Positions 63,557-64,000 of a stretch of 64,000 bases of DNA are shown one piece after another (positions within the stretch are counted from its first letter, which is position 1; each line of letters opens with the position of its first letter). Source of the DNA: Candidatus Poribacteria bacterium. GTDB lineage: Bacteria > Poribacteria > WGA-4E > PCPOR2b. The notes beneath the pieces were generated by a model, which was not told where the DNA came from, did no database searches, and was given only the letters and a program-made list of their open reading frames with translations. The stretch covers positions 3,168,001 to 3,232,000 of the forward strand of contig OZ240245.1 of the NCBI GenBank assembly GCA_965198175.1, in the 5' to 3' direction. The translations under genes and the position numbers were made by a program.

Positions 63557-63766
63557 CTCCCCCTTAGTAAGGGGGAGGATATTTGGAGTATGTGTCGCGA
63601 TTCGGAGATCGCTCCTACCGCATGCTACTGTGAGGATTTGGATTTAGCTCTTGTAGGTTGGGTTGAGCGGCGTTGGCGATCGGAAAAAACTATCGCCTAA
63701 GATCTCTATGAAGAACTATCGCACTCACTATTCGTTCGCTTGATCGTTTAACCGAACCTACGGACT
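63557..63766. repeat. Cluster of REP-like repeats
   Basis: CTCCCCCTTAGTAAGGGGGAG palindrome plus copies of the elements at 50352 and 55698-55810. Confidence 0.8.
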
Positions 63767-63874
63767 GCGAAACTTTTGTGTTTCGCAGTCTTGGCAAGGT
63801 GTGATATAATGTGGGCGTTTTCAATTTCATTCTTTCATTCTTGAGATTAACTTTATTACTCGGAGGAATAACAT

Positions 63875-64000
63875 ATGACAAGATTAACCCTGTTGTGCCT
63901 GAGTATCATGGTTGTCATGTTGGTGCTTCCGGGCATCAACGATGCTGCGATTGATCCCTCAACTGCTATGGGAATATGGCTTTTGGATGAGGGAACGGGC
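63875..64000 (+). CDS. Secreted LamG-like protein, partial (runs off window)
   Basis: GGAGG RBS; signal peptide then 'AIDPSTAMGIWLLDEGTG'. Confidence 0.6.
   Translation, partial: MTRLTLLCLSIMVVMLVLPGINDAAIDPSTAMGIWLLDEGTG

Overview
Bacterial chromosomal window, probably from a Candidatus Poribacteria-like organism. This is an inference from the PhyH-family gene, secreted proteins with an 'AVSPQAKLTYTWGRIK' tail or 'GIWLLDEGTG' start, the TPR tail and dense intergenic palindromes. From 1 to 43 kb it is mostly housekeeping: a tRNA nucleotidyltransferase, Rieske-fused glutamate-synthase-like flavoprotein, msrB, mutY, two ABC systems, comM, rpsF-ssb-rpsR-rplI-dnaB, mlaEFD, radA-yacL-ispD-ispF-cysS, dprA, accA and pstSCAB-phoU. 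This part also holds decayed TPR, HEPN and phoR/phoB genes. From 43 to 60 kb lies a decaying accessory/defence island. It contains a phage-like gene, intact dndC with truncated dndD, a phosphorothioate-type SBD-HNH nuclease split by an IS701 element, a ~310-nt pseudoknotted riboswitch-like element ahead of small ORFs, IS3 and IS5 remnants with a MITE, a truncated R-M methyltransferase, tandem lipoproteins and a duplicated HAD/ComB module. The window ends with a CPBP protease, acs and a ComD-like gene. I saw no rRNA, tRNA or CRISPR array. All structures were read by eye; no folding program or database search was run.
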